From Armatimonadota bacterium (GTDB lineage Bacteria; Sysuimicrobiota; Sysuimicrobiia; Sysuimicrobiales; Humicultoraceae), in assembly GCA_052386995.1 (NCBI GenBank), contig JBQTJP010000241.1:1-17621 (forward strand): a stretch of 17,621 nucleotides of DNA, read 5' to 3'. Numbering within the stretch: position 1 is the first letter of the stretch; each line of letters opens with the position of its first letter. Made by a program: the position numbers and the translations under genes. Below are positions 15,271 to 17,621 of the stretch, one piece after another. The notes under the pieces are model-generated. The model saw nothing but the letters and a program-made list of their open reading frames with translations. It was not told the DNA's origin and made no database searches.

Positions 15271-16806
15271 TCACAAGTCACGCACTCCTGCTTCGACCTC
15301 TTCGATGAATGCTCCGGACCACACGCGGGAGCCGAGCGTTTCGACAAAGGGCGACAGAGGGGTGTCCTCGCGAAGGAACGGGATGTCGCGCCGGATGATC
15401 TCGTAGGCCCTGCGCGTCCCTTCGCCCAGACCGATGCCGCCGCGAAGATCCACGGCTTGCGCGGCCGTCATCAGCTCCACGCCCACTATGAGGGTCGCGT
15501 CGCGGATACCGGCTTCAACCTTGGCGACCGCGTCCATCGCCCCGGTAGCGTGGTCTTCGACACCGTCGGCGATCGGGAGGAAGTCGAGGGATGAAGGATT
15601 GGCCCGAAGCCTGATGCCCGTTTGTAGCGACGTGGCGGTTTCCTGCAGGATGCTCAGCCCGGTCTGAGGGGCGGGCGACGCGATCAGCGTGCCCGGAAGT
15701 CCGGTCATTCGCGCGGACATCAGCGCCCGCGTGCGCGCCACCGACAGCGCGGTGACGTGAGCGAGCGCGATGGCCAGCTGCTCGAAGGCCAGCGTGAGCC
15801 CCAGCACCAGGAAGTTGCCGTTCGAAATGATCCGCCCAGACTCAACCGCCACGAGCGGGGTGTCGCCCGCGGCGTTGAGCTCCATCTCCACCACGCGGCG
15901 TGCGGCCGCGGCGCTGTTCCGCGCGGCGCCGTGCACCTGGGGAACGCACCGAAAGCTGTAGGGATCCTGCACCGACCGCGCGGCCCCCGCCTGATAGAGG
16001 CTGCTGCCAGCCAGAAGCCCCCGCAGGCGGGCGGCCGTTGCCGCCTGCCCCGCATCCGCATGGGCCTGCTCGATCTCCACATCATAGGGCGCCACGTTCC
16101 CAAGGAAGGCTTCCAGGCTCAGGGCCGCGGCCAGATCCACATTCAGGAGAAGCTGGTCGAAATCGAACGCGACGAGCGCCCCGCGTCCGACCGAGGCGGC
16201 GTTCGCGCTGATGAGCGCCAGCCCTTCCTTGGGACCCAGGCGGGCCGGGCGAAGCCCAGCCGAGGCGAGCGCGTCCCGGGCGGCGACAGTGGCGCCGTTC
16301 ATTTCCGCCTCACCCTCACCCAGCACTACAAGAGCGATGCTGGCCAGGTGTGAGAGATCGGTGACCCCCAACGACCCTAATTCGGGAACGCGCGGGTGGA
16401 TGCGATGATTGAGCAAGGCGATCAGGAGATCGATCAGTCCGCGGCCGGCCCCCGATCCTCCGGTCGCAAGCGTGTTTGCGCGCGCGAGGATGATCGCGCG
16501 CACGACGTCGGCAGGCAGCGGCGATCCCACACCGACGACATGGCTGAGGACGATCCGGCGCTGGAAGGCCTCGGTCTCTTCCTGCGGGACGGGCATGCTC
16601 TTGTGATCAGCGAGGCCCGTCGTCACGCCATAGATGACCGCTCCCCGCTCGATCAACTGCTTCACCAGGCGCTGCGATCGCTCGACGCGATCGGCCGCCT
16701 CTGTAGCCAGCTCGACCCTTGCATGGCGACGGGCCACGTCCACGACATGCTCGATGGTGAGATCGCGGCCGGACAGGGTGACGAGGGCGGGCGCCTGGCG
16801 CGTCAT
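15271..16806 (-). CDS. Aromatic amino acid lyase (HAL/PAL/TAL) superfamily protein lacking the MIO-forming ASG motif; ergothionase-like
   Basis: ATG 16806 (MTRQAPALVTLSGRDLTIEHVVDVA), 511 aa. Family motifs IYGVTTG, SHVVGVG, PKEGLALISAN, VQDPYSFRCVPQVHG, IISNGNF and VEDH are present, but GSLGVTDL replaces GSVGASGDL. Confidence 0.9.
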   Translation of the reverse strand: MTRQAPALVTLSGRDLTIEHVVDVARRHARVELATEAADRVERSQRLVKQLIERGAVIYGVTTGLADHKSMPVPQEETEAFQRRIVLSHVVGVGSPLPADVVRAIILARANTLATGGSGAGRGLIDLLIALLNHRIHPRVPELGSLGVTDLSHLASIALVVLGEGEAEMNGATVAARDALASAGLRPARLGPKEGLALISANAASVGRGALVAFDFDQLLLNVDLAAALSLEAFLGNVAPYDVEIEQAHADAGQAATAARLRGLLAGSSLYQAGAARSVQDPYSFRCVPQVHGAARNSAAAARRVVEMELNAAGDTPLVAVESGRIISNGNFLVLGLTLAFEQLAIALAHVTALSVARTRALMSARMTGLPGTLIASPAPQTGLSILQETATSLQTGIRLRANPSSLDFLPIADGVEDHATGAMDAVAKVEAGIRDATLIVGVELMTAAQAVDLRGGIGLGEGTRRAYEIIRRDIPFLREDTPLSPFVETLGSRVWSGAFIEEVEAGVRDL

Positions 16807-16986
16807 GGCGTCAGTTCGCCCCCGAGTCTGCGTGGATCCGCACCGAGCCACTCTCCAGATCAGTGCCAGATAAGAGGCAGCCATTAGCCTAGCGGATGTA
16901 ATCACCAAACACCAGCCCGACGACATAGAGCCTGGGGGGGTGAACGACGGCGGGGATCTTGGCTATTAGTCACGCCTCCGGGTGAG

Positions 16987-17621
16987 TCAAGATATGGGCG
17001 ATCGCTCCTCAGGGGCATCGCCCGCTCCCGACTGCTCTCCCAGCGCGTACTCGACAGCCTGGTCCACTGCCATGGCCCTGCCTGCCTTCCACGCAGCCGC
17101 AAAAATATCTGGGTTCATCGCGTCACGCAATGCGGCGACCCTGCGCTCGTGATCGGGCCGGTTGATCGGATCGATGTGACCACCGATTTCCTCCCGTGTG
17201 GCCTCCGCAGCGCCGAACAATCTGGCTCCACGCTCCGTGTGGCCTCGCGCCGCGCTGACCCCTCCGAGACCCTCTAGAGCACTGGCGATGCCCGCCTTAT
17301 CCCCCAATTGCCGAGACAGCTGGCACGCCTCCTCAAATAGAGACTGAGCCAGCGCAAAGTCCCCCTCGTGCTCACTCAGTCGCCCAGGTTGCGGAGTGCC
17401 CCGGCTATCACCGGCTTGTGCCCTAGGCCTCGGGCCACCGCAAGGCCCTCACGATACAAGGTGCGAGCAGTTCCGTAGTCGCCGTCGCTCCTGGCAACCC
17501 CGCCGAGGTTGATGAGAGTAATGGCAATGCCGACCCCGTGCCCCAGACGCCGGCACAAGGCGAGACTCTCCTGATAGAAGGAACGAGATTCCGCATATTC
17601 GCCGCGCTCGTAGGTCACAGT
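16987..17621 (-). pseudogene. 3' end of a TPR-repeat protein (C-terminus typical of ATPase/TPR transcriptional regulators), split by a 1-nt frameshift near 17383; pseudogene or sequencing indel
   Basis: 40-aa TPR-like repeats continue across two frames (..ALRNLG | LSEHEGDFALAQSLFEEA..). The end, GARLFGAAEA..AAAWKAGRAMAVDQAVEYAL, is typical of this class. The 5' end lies outside the window. Confidence 0.8.

Noticed and set aside
15271..16806. Calling the lyase hutH (histidine ammonia-lyase)
   Set aside because: It lacks the MIO-forming Ala-Ser-Gly and has no neighbouring hut genes.
16807..16986. Possible riboswitch in the 180-nt lyase leader (CTCTTATC and TCTGGAGAG resemble SAM-I and glycine riboswitch fragments)
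   Set aside because: The remaining conserved cores and pairings are not present by eye. An Infernal/Rfam scan would settle it.
1..17621. CRISPR array, tRNA/rRNA or long DNA tandem repeats
   Set aside because: Nearly all sequence is assigned to protein genes, intergenic gaps are at most about 180 nt, and no regularly spaced repeats or cloverleaf were seen by eye.

Overview
A GC-rich, gene-dense bacterial chromosomal segment devoted mostly to nutrient uptake and catabolism. Non-lipidated Sec-type binding proteins suggest a diderm host; the lineage cannot be fixed from this window. Left to right: (+) the 3' part of an acetoin/2-oxoacid dehydrogenase E1-beta gene, a CxxC..CxxC zinc-ribbon domain fused to a xylose-isomerase-like TIM barrel, an Fe3+/thiamine-family ABC binding protein and permease (no ATPase), and an unknown lipoprotein; (-) a vapBC toxin-antitoxin pair next to a short S66/MccF peptidase remnant, preceded by an EamA - prpB-like - prpD-like - tctCBA - HAD phosphatase gene run; (+) an orphan dppC-dppB permease pair; (-) a HAL/PAL-superfamily lyase lacking the MIO-forming Ala-Ser-Gly, and the frameshifted 3' end of a TPR-repeat regulator. 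No rRNA, tRNA, CRISPR array or transposase was seen. Best leads: the MIO-less, ergothionase-like lyase with an altered specificity residue; the zinc-ribbon/TIM-barrel fusion beside the ABC importer; the prpB/prpD-plus-TTT importer operon without prpC; a HAD gene with no canonical start codon; and the S66 remnant at the vapBC boundary.
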